Part shown: in pieces, positions 41,659 through 57,165 of the stretch
Position numbering within the stretch: position 1 is the stretch's first letter
Layout of the letters: every line of letters starts with the position of its first letter
Assembly (NCBI RefSeq): GCF_009914755.1
Contig: NC_060925.1
DNA length: 64,000 nt
DNA from: the human T2T-CHM13v2.0 reference genome, Homo sapiens
Direction: 5' to 3' (one strand)
The notes under the pieces: generated by a model
Told to the model about the DNA's origin: nothing
Seen by the model: only the letters and a program-made list of their open reading frames with translations
Databases searched by the model: none
Program-made: the position numbers and the translations under genes

Positions 41659-42022
41659 TGATGGGGTTTGGCTGTGTCCCCACCCAAATCTCAGCTTGAA
41701 TTATAGCTCCCATAATTCCCATGTGTTGTGGGAGGGACCCAGTGGGAGATAATTGAATCCTGGGGGCTGTTTCCCCCATACTGTTCTCATGGCAGTGAAT
41801 AAGTCTCACGAGATCTGATGGTTTTATAAGGGGAAATCCCTTTAGCTTGGTTCTCGTTCTTTTTCTTGCCTGCTGCCGTGTAAGACATGCCTTTCACCTT
41901 TCACCATGATTGTGAGGCCTCCTCAGCCATGTGGAACTGTGAATCCATTAAACCTCTTTTTCTTTATAAATTACCCAGTCTCAGGTATGTCTTTATCAGC
42001 AGTGTGAGAATGGACTAATATA
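41659..42022 (+). mobile_element. THE1B-like solo LTR
   Basis: TGATGGGGTTTGGCTGTGTCCCCACCCAAATCTC...GGACTAATATA; TSD GTACC. Confidence 0.92.
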
Positions 42023-42354
42023 GTACCATTATTTTAATTTCAATTCATTGTTAGCATATACAAATACAATTGATTTGTGTATACCCACCTGAATCTTGCA
42101 ATCTTGCTAAACTCACTTATTAGCTCTAGTAGCTTATTTGTAGAGTCAATCAGATTTTCTTCATATAATCTGAGAATAAACAGTTTAACTTCTTTCTTTC
42201 TAATCTGTGTTTCTTTTCCTTCTTTACTTATGCATTGGCTGAAGTCTCTAGTAAAATGTTAATAGAAGTGGCAACAGCAGACATTCTGATGGGCTCTTGA
42301 TCTTAGGAGGAAGGCATTCAGTCTTTCACCATTAAGTCTGATACTAGTTGTAGG

Positions 42355-42467
42355 TAAGGTGACCAGTGAGCTCGGTTTTCCTGGGACTGAAGGGTTTCCA
42401 GGGATGCACAACTTTCACTGCTAAAATTGGGATAGTCCTGAGCAGACCAGGATGTTTGGTCACCCTA
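42355..42467 (-). mobile_element. hAT MITE (MER81-like)
   Basis: TIRs TAAGGTGACCA/TGGTCACCCTA; 8-bp TSD GTTGTAGG/CTTGTAGG. Confidence 0.85.
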
Positions 42468-42563
42468 CTTGTAGGTTCTGGGTCTGTTTCAAGGATTAAT
42501 TTTCCTCCTCATTATGGGTTGTATTTTCCAGTTTCTTTGCATGCTTGGTAAGTTTTTCATTGA

Positions 42564-43283
<720 letters not shown>

Positions 43284-46207
43284 TTGAAACAATTTTATAT
43301 TTCAGGTCTTCAAGATTTGTTAGGTGGGATGAAAGCAGTATTTAGCCTAGAGCTAATTCTTTTCCACTGCTGAAGCAAGATCCTCCTGAGTACTCTCCCC
43401 AATGCTCCGTAGATGATGAATTTTTCCAGGCTGACTGCTGGGGCTGGAAAGTAGTCCCAGCCCTGTGTGAGCTCTGGATACTCCTCTTTTATCCTTTTGG
43501 ATGGTTCTTTCCTTGCACATATGCTGGTGAGTTCTCTGCTCAATACTTGCAGAGAAGGCTCTGCAGATTTCTGGGGTTCTCCCTCTGTGTGACTCTCTCC
43601 TCTTGGGTACTCTGTTCTGTGTGCTGCAGCTGCCTCAACCTCCCCAGACTCCCAGCTCCTCCTCACTTACAAAATCTGCTGGGCTCCACTTTGGTATCAC
43701 TTCCCTGCACATTTCTCTCCCAAGACAGCAAATAGGGCATTGTAAGGCTTGCCTTGTTTGTTTCCCATCTCTCAAGTATCACTGTCTTTTGTTGCCTGAC
43801 ACATAGGGTCTTGGAAACCATTTCTCCTATATCCCTCCATTGGGCTAGGAGCTCCCAGAGGGCAGGGGCTATGCCTTTTTTTTTTTTTTTTTTTTTTTAA
43901 TCAGACTGGGTGCTACTTGAGAGCAGGCAAGATCTAAGCCTCTTCCTTCCTCCTCATCCTTCCCTTAGAGCATGCAAAACAAGCCCATTCCAACAGATAC
44001 TTAACGCCATAGCATTTTATGGAGTGGTTATTCTCACCCAAGTCCATGTTTGCTTTCATGTGACACAAATTAAGCTTCAGTCCCTTCAGTCCGCTGTTTC
44101 TTCCATTAGGTGGCTCCTGAGGTTACACATCCTCCAGGAAGTCTTCCTGGATGGAGAAAGATGATGTTTCTTGCCATGTTATCAGCCCAGGAGTTTGCAA
44201 ATCCTCTTTCCTTTGTTTTCCATTATCACAGAGAACGCCTCAGAACTCCTCTCCCCAATCTCAGGTTTCCCCAGGAACATTTTAATCAACCCTACCAGTC
44301 CCATGAAACGTATGTGATTTACAGTTCAAATAACTTTGGGAAGTATTGCTGGCCACATCTCACCCATGAAGATTCACAGAGCATATGATGATTTTAAAGA
44401 CCCTGATAAGTATGGTAGTACCGAAACCTGTTTGCTTTGTTGACACGTTTCCTAAATGTATTTGATCCCATTAACTCTTTTTGCTCTCAGAACCTCTCTG
44501 GATTATTTATTATTCCTAGGAACATACTTGAAGGAACACTAAACCAAATCATCATGAACAAATATGAGATTCTTCTTTTTTTCCCTTTTCCCTGAGAGCT
44601 CCAGAGATTGCATCAGATGAATGTTTGTTGGGTAAATGGTTAAATGAAATATGTGAAATCATTCTCAACAACCCATTGTGATTGTAACTGCCCTCATGGA
44701 TCAGGTTGGATTACCCTGGGACTGCCCTCGGTCTCTCCCACTGCAGGTGCAGCTGCTCCCCCTACCCTGTGTTCTTCAAACCCCACTTTAGTTCATTTCC
44801 TCCTGTTTGGAATTGGTTGAATGCAACATGAGTAAGGCTGTGTGCGCAGACTGATAAGAATGCAGCTGAAGGGCAGCACCACAGTATTGCACAAACTCAG
44901 GGGACACCCTGAAGTGTCCCTTGGAGTTGTAAGGGAGAGTCTACAAGTAGAAGCTCCATGGCTTTGTCATTTCTAGATCTCTGATCATACTATTCTTCTG
45001 CTTGGAATGCTGTTCTGCTCATTTATTTGTCAAAATTCTATCCAACCTTCATGGCCGGGCCAAATACTAACTCAATGAAATCTTCCTAGCTTCCTCAGGC
45101 GGCATTAGAATCCTCTATGTCCCCCCATGGCTTATCAGAGTCTGTCTTTGAACATGATTAGTTGTGTCCAGGCTTTTCTCCCAGACTAGAGTATGTATTT
45201 CATAAACATAGGAGCTATGTCTTACTCATTTCTGGATCTCTGGTTCTTAACACAGCACCTGGCCTGGAAGAAGCTCAGTGGTTGTTTCAGGAGTGAATGA
45301 ATGAACAAGTGAACTGACACCCAGTGGAAACACAAAAGAGCAGGCATTCTCAGCCCTTCTGGGAAAGTCTTAGGCGTAGCATAAAATAATTTTCAGGAAC
45401 TCATGGCAGACTGACAAGGGAGGAAGAAAGTTTGGGACATTAGGGCACATGTCCATGTGTCATCTCTGGGTAAAGCCAGGGAATTGGTGAGGCCCAGTTC
45501 AATGTCCAGCCTGCTGTGTGGATGTCGTCATGCTGCTGGACATTAAAACCTGGTACATGAACACTCAGTGTGTTTGCAAAAAAGGATCCAGAGTGCACAC
45601 AACTATGCACACTCATGTATGCACAGGGACAACTTAGGCAAAAACAGGAACTGTCATACGTGATCACACCCACATGGATATCTGCAAACGTACACTTGGA
45701 TGGCAAGCCATGCAGAGATACTTGTAAAGTGCCCATGAACACACACACGCTCAGCAATCTTTGTGGCCCAAGAAACAAAGCTGAGTGTGATAACGGGTGT
45801 TAAGGGGCAAGGACATGAGAGCCCCAAGCAAACATCTGAGCTCTCTCTTGATCACCAAAGTCAAATAAAGTTGTAAAAGCTAAATGTTGAACTACTCCCC
45901 ACCCTCCTTTCTCTTTTCCAGAAAGTAGGACTTCAGGCAATAGGCAGGCGAGATCCTTACAGCTATTGCCTCCTATAAGGAGCACAGCATCCTGTGAGGA
46001 TGCCAAGCAAGCAGCAAGCCAGTTCAGACCTTTATTTGCACAGCTCTGCACTAGATGGTAGGGAGGCCTCAGGGAGGTGGGCAACTTCCATGCTAATCTT
46101 CAACTTTGGGCCATGCCCCTACTGCAGTGGGGTTAGTTCTGCCTCCTGTTCAATGCTTATATCTTGCCTGTAATTCGTTCCAGCTCCTATCAATAGCAAT
46201 CATGGTG

Positions 46208-46210
<3 letters not shown>

Positions 46211-46262
<52 letters not shown>
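46211..46262. repeat. (TG)26 microsatellite
   Basis: Direct reading. Confidence 0.97.
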
Positions 46263-46266
<4 letters not shown>

Positions 46267-46395
46267 TGTGTGTCCATGTCCTCTGTCTGGCCAGGAGCTT
46301 CCTAAGAGCAGGGGTCATGCCTCCCACAGTTAGGCTGAGCATCTCTTTAGGGGAGACCATGCCTCTCCTGGGATCCTCCAGTGGGAAAAAAGCAT

Positions 46396-46763
<368 letters not shown>

Positions 46764-47159
46764 TGAGTCGGGTTTCTGTCAATGATCTGTTGCTGTCTCA
46801 CCCCTACAGATCTTTTGAGAAACGCTTGCTGCAGATAGCTTTTCACATGGGGCCCTCGTGAGCCATCAGACTTTGGGATTCAATCTTTGGCAGGCTCAGA
46901 GGCCTGCAGGCCTGGGAACTGTTGCCAGCTCAATCCTAGCTGCAGCACCCCAAGGGCTGAGCGCTCTCAGGTTTCTTGGCATATTTGGATCGCTAGGGAA
47001 TTGTTGAGAACCTGAGATTTCCTTAATAATTTACATCCATGTTCCTCCCTTTACAGGATCACAGGGCCCTGGACAACGTCAGTGAACATTATCCTGGGGT
47101 AACCCAATCTCCTAGGTCTGGTAACAACAACAAGGGAAACAATCCAAAGGATTACCTTG

Positions 47160-47289
47160 AACTCTGGCCAGCACCGTGGGAGACTTGGACCTAGTGAAGG
47201 CCGGTGACCCGGAAGGGCCCCTTAACTCTGGCCAGCACCGTGGGAGACTTGGACCTAGTGAAGGCCGGTGACCCGGAAGGGCCCCTTAA
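47160..47289. repeat. Perfect 64-bp tandem duplication
   Basis: AACTCTGGCCAGCACCGTGGG...GGAAGGGCCCCTT twice, no mismatches. Confidence 0.97.
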
Positions 47290-47689
47290 GCTCAGTAATG
47301 GGCCTCCACTTGCTGGGAGGTAAAGGGTAATTCAGAAAAAGAAAGCCAAATGCTTTGGGAGACTTAGGAGAAAAGATGGAGGCTCTGTTTTTCCCAACCT
47401 CGTAGCCTGGTGGGAGGCTGAGTGAGGTTACTCTCACCTTCTAGGGCACTGTCTAAACTGGAGTGTCTGTTGGTCATTCTTGTGCCTTTTCCTTCCACCT
47501 GTGCTCTGGGACCTCCCCTTGTCCCATGGTTTTGCTTCTACTCCCTCCTCCTCCTCTCTCTCCACTGGCTCCATCCCCTCAACATAGAAACACTCCAGGT
47601 CTTTGGAATGTTAAAGTCCCTTTTGTCCTTCCAGTTGCTACTTTACCTCTGTCCTTCCCTTCCTGGATAAGCCACTGGAAAGTGACTAA

Positions 47690-48091
<402 letters not shown>

Positions 48092-48449
48092 TGATTTAAA
48101 TACCCAAATACATCACAGACACCTGGGTGTTCCACAGGAAACTACAAACTTGATATTCGTCAAAAGCTGATTGAACACCTCCTCTGCACCAGACATTGAA
48201 CTATAAAGTCAATACAATGAGGGTCAAGAAGCTTATGACTTGATGGTAAACAGAGATGTAAACTGACTATTACCAGTCTGGTTGCTAAGGGATACAATTG
48301 ATATATGCCCAGATGTTATGGAACCCAGGGAAGACCATTGTACTGGGAGAGGAAGAGCAACTGGTCCTTCAGAGAAGGCTTACTGGAGGAATGGGACTGG
48401 AACTGAGGTCTGAAGGATGTGTAGAAAGTGAGAAGAAGAAATTGGGATT

Positions 48450-48975
48450 TTGGATATGGAATGCTTTCAGTTTCAAATGACAGAAACCTTACTCAGGCCA
48501 GAGGAAGCAAACCAGGGAACTGTATAACTGGGACGACTGGGTGAAGCTGGCCTCAGACACACAAGCATTCAGGTTTGCGGCTCTCCTCAGACTTACCTCT
48601 GCTGCTTCTTCCTCTGTGTTGGACTCATTCTCTCCTAATCAGGTTAGCTTCCTCCAGGTTTCAGGGGCAGGAGGGCCCTGGCCACAGGCAGTTCCAGGCT
48701 TATATTAACCGAGTTTTTTGGCTCCAGAAAAAAGAGAGAACTTTCCCAGCACCCATATGTAAAATCCCACGGAAGGGCTCTGATTGGCCCAGCTTGGGTC
48801 ATGTGCCAATCCCAGGTCAATCACTGTGGCTGGGGGATGGGTACTGTGACTGAACGGGCCTGGATCTGCTACCCAGCACTGGGAATAGGGGACAGGATAC
48901 TGTGGTTGGCAGTTCCATTAGGACCACATGGAATGAGGGGGGATGCTGAGAACACTAAAGCAACAGATGTTCATA
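48450..48975 (-). mobile_element. Old MaLR LTR (MLT1J/K-like)
   Basis: GCTTTCAGTTTCAAATGACAGAAACC...CTGATTGGCCCAGCTTGGGTCATGTGCC. Confidence 0.6.
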
Positions 48976-49558
48976 ACAGAGAGCTTTCTAGACAGAGAGA
49001 ATCACACATGCAAAACCATTCAACAGCCAGGGAACGTGGCTGAGAATTACTAGTAGTTTTATGTTGCTGGAACTAAGGATGAACTTGGGTGAGTGACAAG
49101 AAATAAACCTAGAGAAGAATGAATGTGGAGGGCCATACATGCTAAACAATAGAGTGTGAATGTTATCCTGAAAGCTATAGAGAATCTTTCAAAAATGTTA
49201 TATCAGATATTTGTATGATCAGGTTATATTATTTGTGGAAAAATCCTTTTGCCCATAGATCTATTCTCTTGCTTTCTTCCTTCAGTTAATGGTATCCTCC
49301 ATCCCTGCAACGTCATGAACTAGAAACTGGGGGAATCTTGGGGCAATTTCCCTCTGCCAAGTCCTTTTTGGGGCCCCTCTCAAGGAGCCATTCCTTTCTA
49401 TTCTGTGACGCTGCCTGTGTCTGTTCAGGCCTCTGCCTGTTCTTGCCAGGACTACTATGGTGGGCCCCCCTAACTTGTACCAAGGCATCTGCTCTTTCAG
49501 GGAATTTCCTGTTCCCCAACCTAGCCTGGGGCAGACTGGTTCTCTCTGCTTTGGTAGC

Positions 49559-49969
49559 TAATACGGTTGGATGTTTGTCCCTTCCAAATCTCATGTTGAA
49601 ATGTAATCTCCAGTGTTGGAGGTGGGGTCTGGTGGGAGGTGTTAGGGTCATGGGGGTGGATCCCTCATGAATGTCTTAGTGCCCACCTCGCAGTAATGAG
49701 TCTCATTCTATTAGTTCACAAGAGAGCTGGTTGTTTAAAGAGACTGGCACCTTCTCCCTTCTCTCTCTTGCCCTCTGTCACCATGCGATGTGCCTGCTCC
49801 CGCTTCGCCTTCTGCCATGATTGTAGGCTCCCTGAGTCCTCACCAGAAGTAGATGCTGGCGCCACACTTCCTGTACAGCCTTCAGAACCATGAGCCAAAA
49901 TAAACTCTTTTCTTTATAAATTACCCAGTCTCAGGTATTTCTTTTTAGCAATGCAAACAGACTAACACA
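49559..49969 (+). mobile_element. MSTB-like solo LTR
   Basis: TAATACGGTTGGATGTTTGTCCCTTCCAAATCTCATGTTG...GACTAACACA; TSD GTAGC/GTAGT. Confidence 0.9.
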
Positions 49970-50162
49970 GTAGTCCATATCCCTCTCCTAGCAGTTATCA
50001 CCCTGCCTCATAACCATTTACCGTCTGGCTCTGCACCGTGTGCTGTGTGTGCATATGCTCTAAGGATGCTCTGTTTTCACTGCTCAGCCCAGCTGCAGGG
50101 ATAGCACCCAGTGCACTATAGATATTGCATACACGAATAAACCAACCCCAGCCCTTTAATAA

Positions 50163-50594
<432 letters not shown>

Positions 50595-50787
50595 TCATGT
50601 TCTTTTTCTCTATCCTTCTCTCTCCCCTATGTAACTCTCTACCTTGTCCGACTATGCATGATATAGAACTGAAATCTGCAGTGTGTGTGGATGTATGTGT
50701 GTGAGTACATGCAATGCTTTATTTACCTGTTTTAATTTGAAAATGTGAATAGTCATGTAGTTTTTCTGAATTGTGTGGTGAGTTTGA

Positions 50788-50849
50788 GTTTTAATTTTCA
50801 TATTACAATAGCCCTTGGTGGTTTTAATTTTCATATTACAGTAGCCCTT
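50788..50849. repeat. 33-bp-period tandem duplication
   Basis: GTTTTAATTTTCATATTACA(A/G)TAGCCCTT twice. Confidence 0.9.
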
Positions 50850-50917
50850 ATAGTAGGAATACACGTTTTGTATTCCTAACATAGCTGTATAAAAAACACT
50901 CCTTAAGCTATGCACAG

Positions 50918-50920
50918 GCG

Positions 50921-50965
<45 letters not shown>
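50918..50965. repeat. (GC)6(AC)18 alternating purine-pyrimidine tract
   Basis: Direct reading. Confidence 0.95.
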
Positions 50966-50967
<2 letters not shown>

Positions 50968-51374
50968 ATAGTCACTCACTCTATCCTTGTTGTCCATGTT
51001 ACAGGTATTGATGTAAAGTCCTTTAAGTATTTTTGTAAGAAAACGTTTCTAAGTTGAATCCTCTGAACTGAATATCGTGCCATAGAAAAGATATTCTCAA
51101 AAGCATCTCTTTGCAGCTCATGGGACTGAAAACATCCATGGGCTCAGCACAAATGCACCTAACACATTCCACTCCTTTTTCAGAGGTAACCATACGGAAA
51201 TAAATGATAGGAATAATGCCGAATATATTTCAGTTATTTAAAAGCAAGTTATTTACATACTTAAGTACTTTGAGTACACAGAACAGCACCTTGACTTCAC
51301 TTCTATTTGTTTATTCTGTTGATTTTAAAAAAATTCTGTCTGCTTTTTATGTAATGGGACTTTTATTATCAGAG

Positions 51375-51878
51375 TTGAATTCAGTATCTATTGCTTTGTA
51401 ACAGATTACCCCAACATTTAGTGGTTTCAAACCACACGCGTGTATGATCTCCCAGTTTCTGTGTGTTGGGAATCCGGGCATGGCTTCGCTGGGAGACTTA
51501 CCCAGCTGCAGTCAAGGTTCAACTGGGCACTGATCCGCTTCTAAGCAGTTGGTGGCAGGATTCAGTTTCTTACAGGCTGCTGGACCAAGGGCTTCAGTTC
51601 CTGGTCGGCTGTTGGCGGAGGCCACCCTCAGTTCCTGGCCATGTGGGCCTCTCTAACATGGCAGCTCACTTCATCAAAGCCAGCAAGAGAGAGAGCCTGC
51701 ATTACAACCTCTTGTGACCTAATCACAGATGTGATATTTCATCAACTTTGCTATATTCTACTTGTCAGAAGCAAGTTACCAGATTCAACTCACACTCAAG
51801 GGAAGGGAATTACACAAGGATATTAGTATTGAGATATGGGGGGTCATTGGGGAAAATTTTAGAAGTTGGTCTTCTACA
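51375..51878 (-). mobile_element. MaLR solo LTR (MLT1F-like)
   Basis: TATTGCTTTGTAACAGATTACCCCAACATTTAGTGG...CTATATTCTACTTGTCAGAAGCAAGTTAC. Confidence 0.75.
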
Positions 51879-52043
51879 AGATGAAGCCATTAAAAAAAGA
51901 GACTATTTGAATATGTCACCTTTGCTCTTTTATATTGAATGAGAGCTCCATCAATACTTTTTTGTTAACCCCCTGATTAAAACACACTGGTTTACTTAAA
52001 TACTTTATTCTCAAATATTAAATGGAAAACAAAACATGATTTC

Positions 52044-52212
52044 TTTATTTTTTATTTTTTTTTTAGATAGGGTCTCTTGCTCTGTCACCCAGGCTGGAGT
52101 GCAGTGGCACAACCATAGCTCACTGCAACCCTGACCTACTGGGCTCAAGCAATCCTCCTGCCTCAGCCTCTTGAGTAGCTGGGACTACAGGTGTGTGCCA
52201 CCATGCTCAGCT
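52044..52212 (-). mobile_element. Alu right monomer (FRAM-like)
   Basis: Antisense monomer; TSD-like TGATTTCT. Confidence 0.85.
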
Positions 52213-52884
52213 TGATTTCTAACATTGCCCGGCTTGATTTCTTTTTTTTACTGATCTCTTCATTACCAACATGAGCTAACATTTATTTTTGCAATGCGAT
52301 GATAATTCAGACTGCTGTGGTTGCCAGTGACAGAAGACAAATGTGAACCTGTTTAAGCAAAAGAGGGAAAAGGGGAAATACGTTGGCTCAAGTAACCAAG
52401 GCATGGGAAGGGCCTTAGGGACAGCTGCAACTAAGATCCCCAGGTCCATCAGGCCTCCCTCTGCAAGCCCTGTGTCTGCTCTTCTCTCTGAAGGCCTTGT
52501 CCTCGTGGCCACCAGCAGCTTGATCTCCCAGCTTTGCCATTAGGATGGAACTGAGACTCACACTGTCAGGCCCTGATGTCTAAATTGCCAATTGGCTCTG
52601 TTTTCCTCAACTTGAATCACACACCCATCTCTGGACAAGTTGAATGCAGTCAAAGGTGTCAAGGGTTGGGCCCCAGGGAGCCCCTGTGCCAGGAAGAGGG
52701 CCCTACTAGAGCATGGTGGCCGCCATGGAGCCACGTGATTGGAAAAGGCCAAAGCTGATCTGCCAGAAGAAGAGAGAGGAGAGCTGGACAGGCAAGATAG
52801 CAGCTCTTTCCTGCCCTCACTGTCTGTCTTCCTTGCACATAACATACATACAAGGTGTATGTACGTGTGTAAAACTTGGGTGAG

Positions 52885-53070
52885 GGCTGGGCACTGTGGT
52901 TCACACCTATAGTCCCAGCTACTTGGGAGGCTGAGGCAGGAGGATCACTGGAGCCCAGGAGGTTGAGGCTGCAGTAGGCTATGATAGTGCCACTGTACTC
53001 CAGCCTGGGCGACAGAGAGAGACTCCATCTCACAAAACAAACAAACAACAACAACAACAAAAAACAAAAA
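52885..53070 (+). mobile_element. Alu monomer (FRAM-like)
   Basis: TSD AAAACTTGGGTG. Confidence 0.88.
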
Positions 53071-53244
53071 ACTTGGGTGGGGAAACAGTCCTGGAAGAGG
53101 AATTTAAATCTGGGATCTATTCCCACCAACTAACTATGTAACCATAGGCCAGTTAACTTCTCTTCTCTAGACCCTGGCTTTCCAACTTATATAAAGGCAA
53201 TAATAGTACTTGTCTTTCTTGCTCCAGTGGGCCACCGCAAAGAT

Positions 53245-53695
53245 AGAGTGGGTTGAATAGTGTCCCCCTAAAATTCATGTTTACACCTCAAAGTGTGACC
53301 TTATTTGGAAATAGGTTACTTGCAGATAAAATTAATTTCGGATCCTAAGAGGGAATCATCCTTGTTTTAGGGTGGGCCCTGAATCCAATGACTGGTGTCC
53401 TTAGAAGAAAAGGAGAGAGCACAGAAAGACTCAGAGAAAGGGGTGATGTGCAGATGGAGGCAGAGATTGGAGTGATGTGTGACAAGCTGGGGAAAGCCAA
53501 GGATTGCTGGCAGGCACCAGAAGCCAGGAGAGGCCTGGATGGTTTCTCCTCGACAGCCCTCAGAAGGGTCCAACCTTGCTGACACCTTGATTTTGGACTT
53601 CAGGTCTCCTGACCTGTGAAAGAAAAAGAGTGTTGTCTGAAGCCACCAGGTTTGTGGTAATTCATCACAGCAGCCCTAGGAGAGAGATTAATACA
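53245..53695 (+). mobile_element. MaLR solo LTR (MLT1C/D-like)
   Basis: GGGTTGAATAGTGTCCCCCTAAAATTCATGT...GACACCTTGATTTTGGACTTC...CAGCAGCCCTAGGA...TAATACA. Confidence 0.8.
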
Positions 53696-54799
53696 TAAGA
53701 TAGAATGAAAAGTGTGAAAAATGCAGTGTCATGGGATCAAGGATGTTATTACAGCAAGCACAGTGATTACATAGGCTCTATGAAACTCACAGTTACTGTG
53801 CCTGATTCAGAGCACAGATCTGTGCCTATCTGTTGCCACACCTTAATCCAGTCAGCAGCCATCTTTCATTTGTGCAGGAGTGACCTGCAGCTTGGAAGTC
53901 AATGTTCAATGAGAGGCAGATGTGAAATGGCCTCAGTACCAGCTCAAGATTCTGTTTACTGAGTGTTTGCTACATGCCAGCCATTGTTCTAGGCACCCCA
54001 TGAGCACACTGTGTGCTTGGTGCTCTTCTGCAGACAGGGGAAAAGGCACAACAATTAGTACATGGTTGAACTAAGATTTGAATCCAAGTGGTCAGGCTCC
54101 AGAACTTGTGCACTGACCGCCTCGCTATGCTGCTTCAAGGCAGAGGAATCATCCCTTCCTGATTCATTGGGCACAATACAGCTACCGCCAGAGCCCTGGG
54201 CTGCCAGCTGGTCCTTCCTCCTCCCTCTGTCTCTTTCCCCATTACCTAAGGGGAGAACAGGCTCTGAACTCCCACGTTCTCTAACCCAAGTCCTGCTCAG
54301 GCCAACCCCTGCCTTTCTTCCTCTCACTGGATGTCTAGCCCAGTAGCAAAATATCTTTTACATAGGGAAATTAGCTGGTTAGAAATATGAGCCAGCTATA
54401 ATCCAGCTCAGGTGCTTAATGTCAGGTGGGACAGAATGAGGGCCTGGAGGAGCTCTGGATGGGCCCCAGGCTGGGTGGTAGATCCTGTTACTCACGGGGA
54501 GGCTGGGTTCCTGCAGCATCTGCAGAGCAGGGCTGCAGGGGGTGCCTTCTCAGTTTCTAAGCCCTGAGATTCCACATTTCTCAGATCCCCTTTTACAACT
54601 CTCACAACCAGAAACATCAGCTGCCTCTCAGCCTATACTCCCACCTCTGTGGACCCTGTCTGCACACCCAGCCTCTCTTGCCACAACCCAGTTCTGTCTG
54701 AATCCTGCAGAGGTTCCCAAGTGCCCACCAACCTTCAGGGACCTCATCCAGTTTAATTGCTTCTCAATTTCTCTCTCCAATTCTGACACACCCCTGAGC

Positions 54800-55910
<1,111 letters not shown>

Positions 55911-55915
55911 AATTA

Positions 55916-57023
55916 CTGTCCTTCCTCATTATTTGGGGTAGCTATGCTTTATAAAGTCACCATGAACACTGAGCTAGTGAGTACTGAACTATCGGGTAAA
56001 TGGAGGTTAGGTTTTTGCAAGCCACTGGCAACAACATTTCCATCCATCAAGCAATATATAACCTTGTTTTATGTGTGTTTCTGCTTAAAGACACCTTAGT
56101 TAATACAGTTGACCCTTGAACAATGAGGGAGTTAGGGGTACTAACCCCCACTGTGCATGTCAAAATCCATGTAGAATTTTTGACTCCCCAAAACTTAAAT
56201 TACTAATAGCCCACTGTTAGTTGGAAGCCTTACTGATAACATAAACAGTTGATTAACACTCGTTTTATATATGTATTATATATACTGTATTCTTATTACA
56301 GTAAAGTAAGCTAGAGGAAAGAAAATGTTATTAAGAAAATCATAAGGAAGAGAAAACATATTTACTATTCATTAAGTAGAAGTGATCATCATAAAACGCT
56401 TCATCCTTGTCTTCACCTTGAGTAAGCTGAGGAGGAGGAAGAAGAGGGGTTGGTCTTGCTGCCTCAGTGGTGGCAGAGGTGGAAGAGGTGGAGGTGTTGG
56501 AAGGGGCGGCAGGAGAGGCAGGCACACTTGGTGTAACTTTTATTGAAAAAAGTTTGCATATAAATGGACCTATGCTGTTTAAACTCGTGTTGCTCAAGAG
56601 TCAACTGTGTATACTGCTGATTCATTTGTAGTGAACTCACGGCCAACAGCACTAACTCACACCTGAACGAAGCTTATCTAACATACGTATTTTCTCTGTC
56701 GGGCCTGTCACTGCTTCCTTGCACTCAGAAACACGAGACAGCACTTCAGCACTAAGCTTGGGGGCCTTTTTAAATAGTGAACTCACCAAATAAAAACACA
56801 ACAATGCAAAAAAACTGCAGCATCAAACAGACCGTGAAAAGGATGATTGTTTATGATATGAGAGCAGAAACAAGAAGGTCTCGAGCAACTCAAAATTACT
56901 GCTTCTCTGCACTTCCGCGAATGACTCCGAAAGTCTGTGAGTATTGATTTTGGTGTTTCAAGTAAGTTTCATTGAGTGGGCAAATTTGCAAATATGGAAT
57001 CTGTGAAGAAGGAGAGTCAACCG
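55916..57023 (+). mobile_element. MER82-like Tigger-family DNA transposon (interrupted)
   Basis: CCTCATTATTTGGGGTAGCTATG...AACCTTGTTTTATGTGTGTTTCTG...GCAAATATGGAATCTGTGAA; TA flanks. Confidence 0.8.
56106..56607 (+). mobile_element. Tigger2-family non-autonomous element nested in MER82
   Basis: TIRs CAGTTGACCCTTGAACAA / TTGCTCAAGAGTCAACTG; TA on the left, TG on the right. Confidence 0.82.
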
Positions 57024-57029
57024 TATTTT

Positions 57030-57165
57030 ATTCAGTTGTTTTCCATCTCTCCTGAGTAGAATACACGCTCCAGGAGACCTTGTCTGTTTTGCTCCCTACC
57101 GTATGCCCAGCACCTGGCACAGTGCCTAGCATGCAGTAAGTACTCAGTACATATTGACTGAAAGG
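57030..57165 (+). mobile_element. L2 3' end
   Basis: CCCAGCACCTGGCACAGTGCCTAGCATGCAGTAAGTACTCAGTACATATTGACTGAA. Confidence 0.75.

Noticed and set aside
43877-43898. Isolated poly-T as an orphan retro-insertion
   Set aside because: No TSD or element body is visible.
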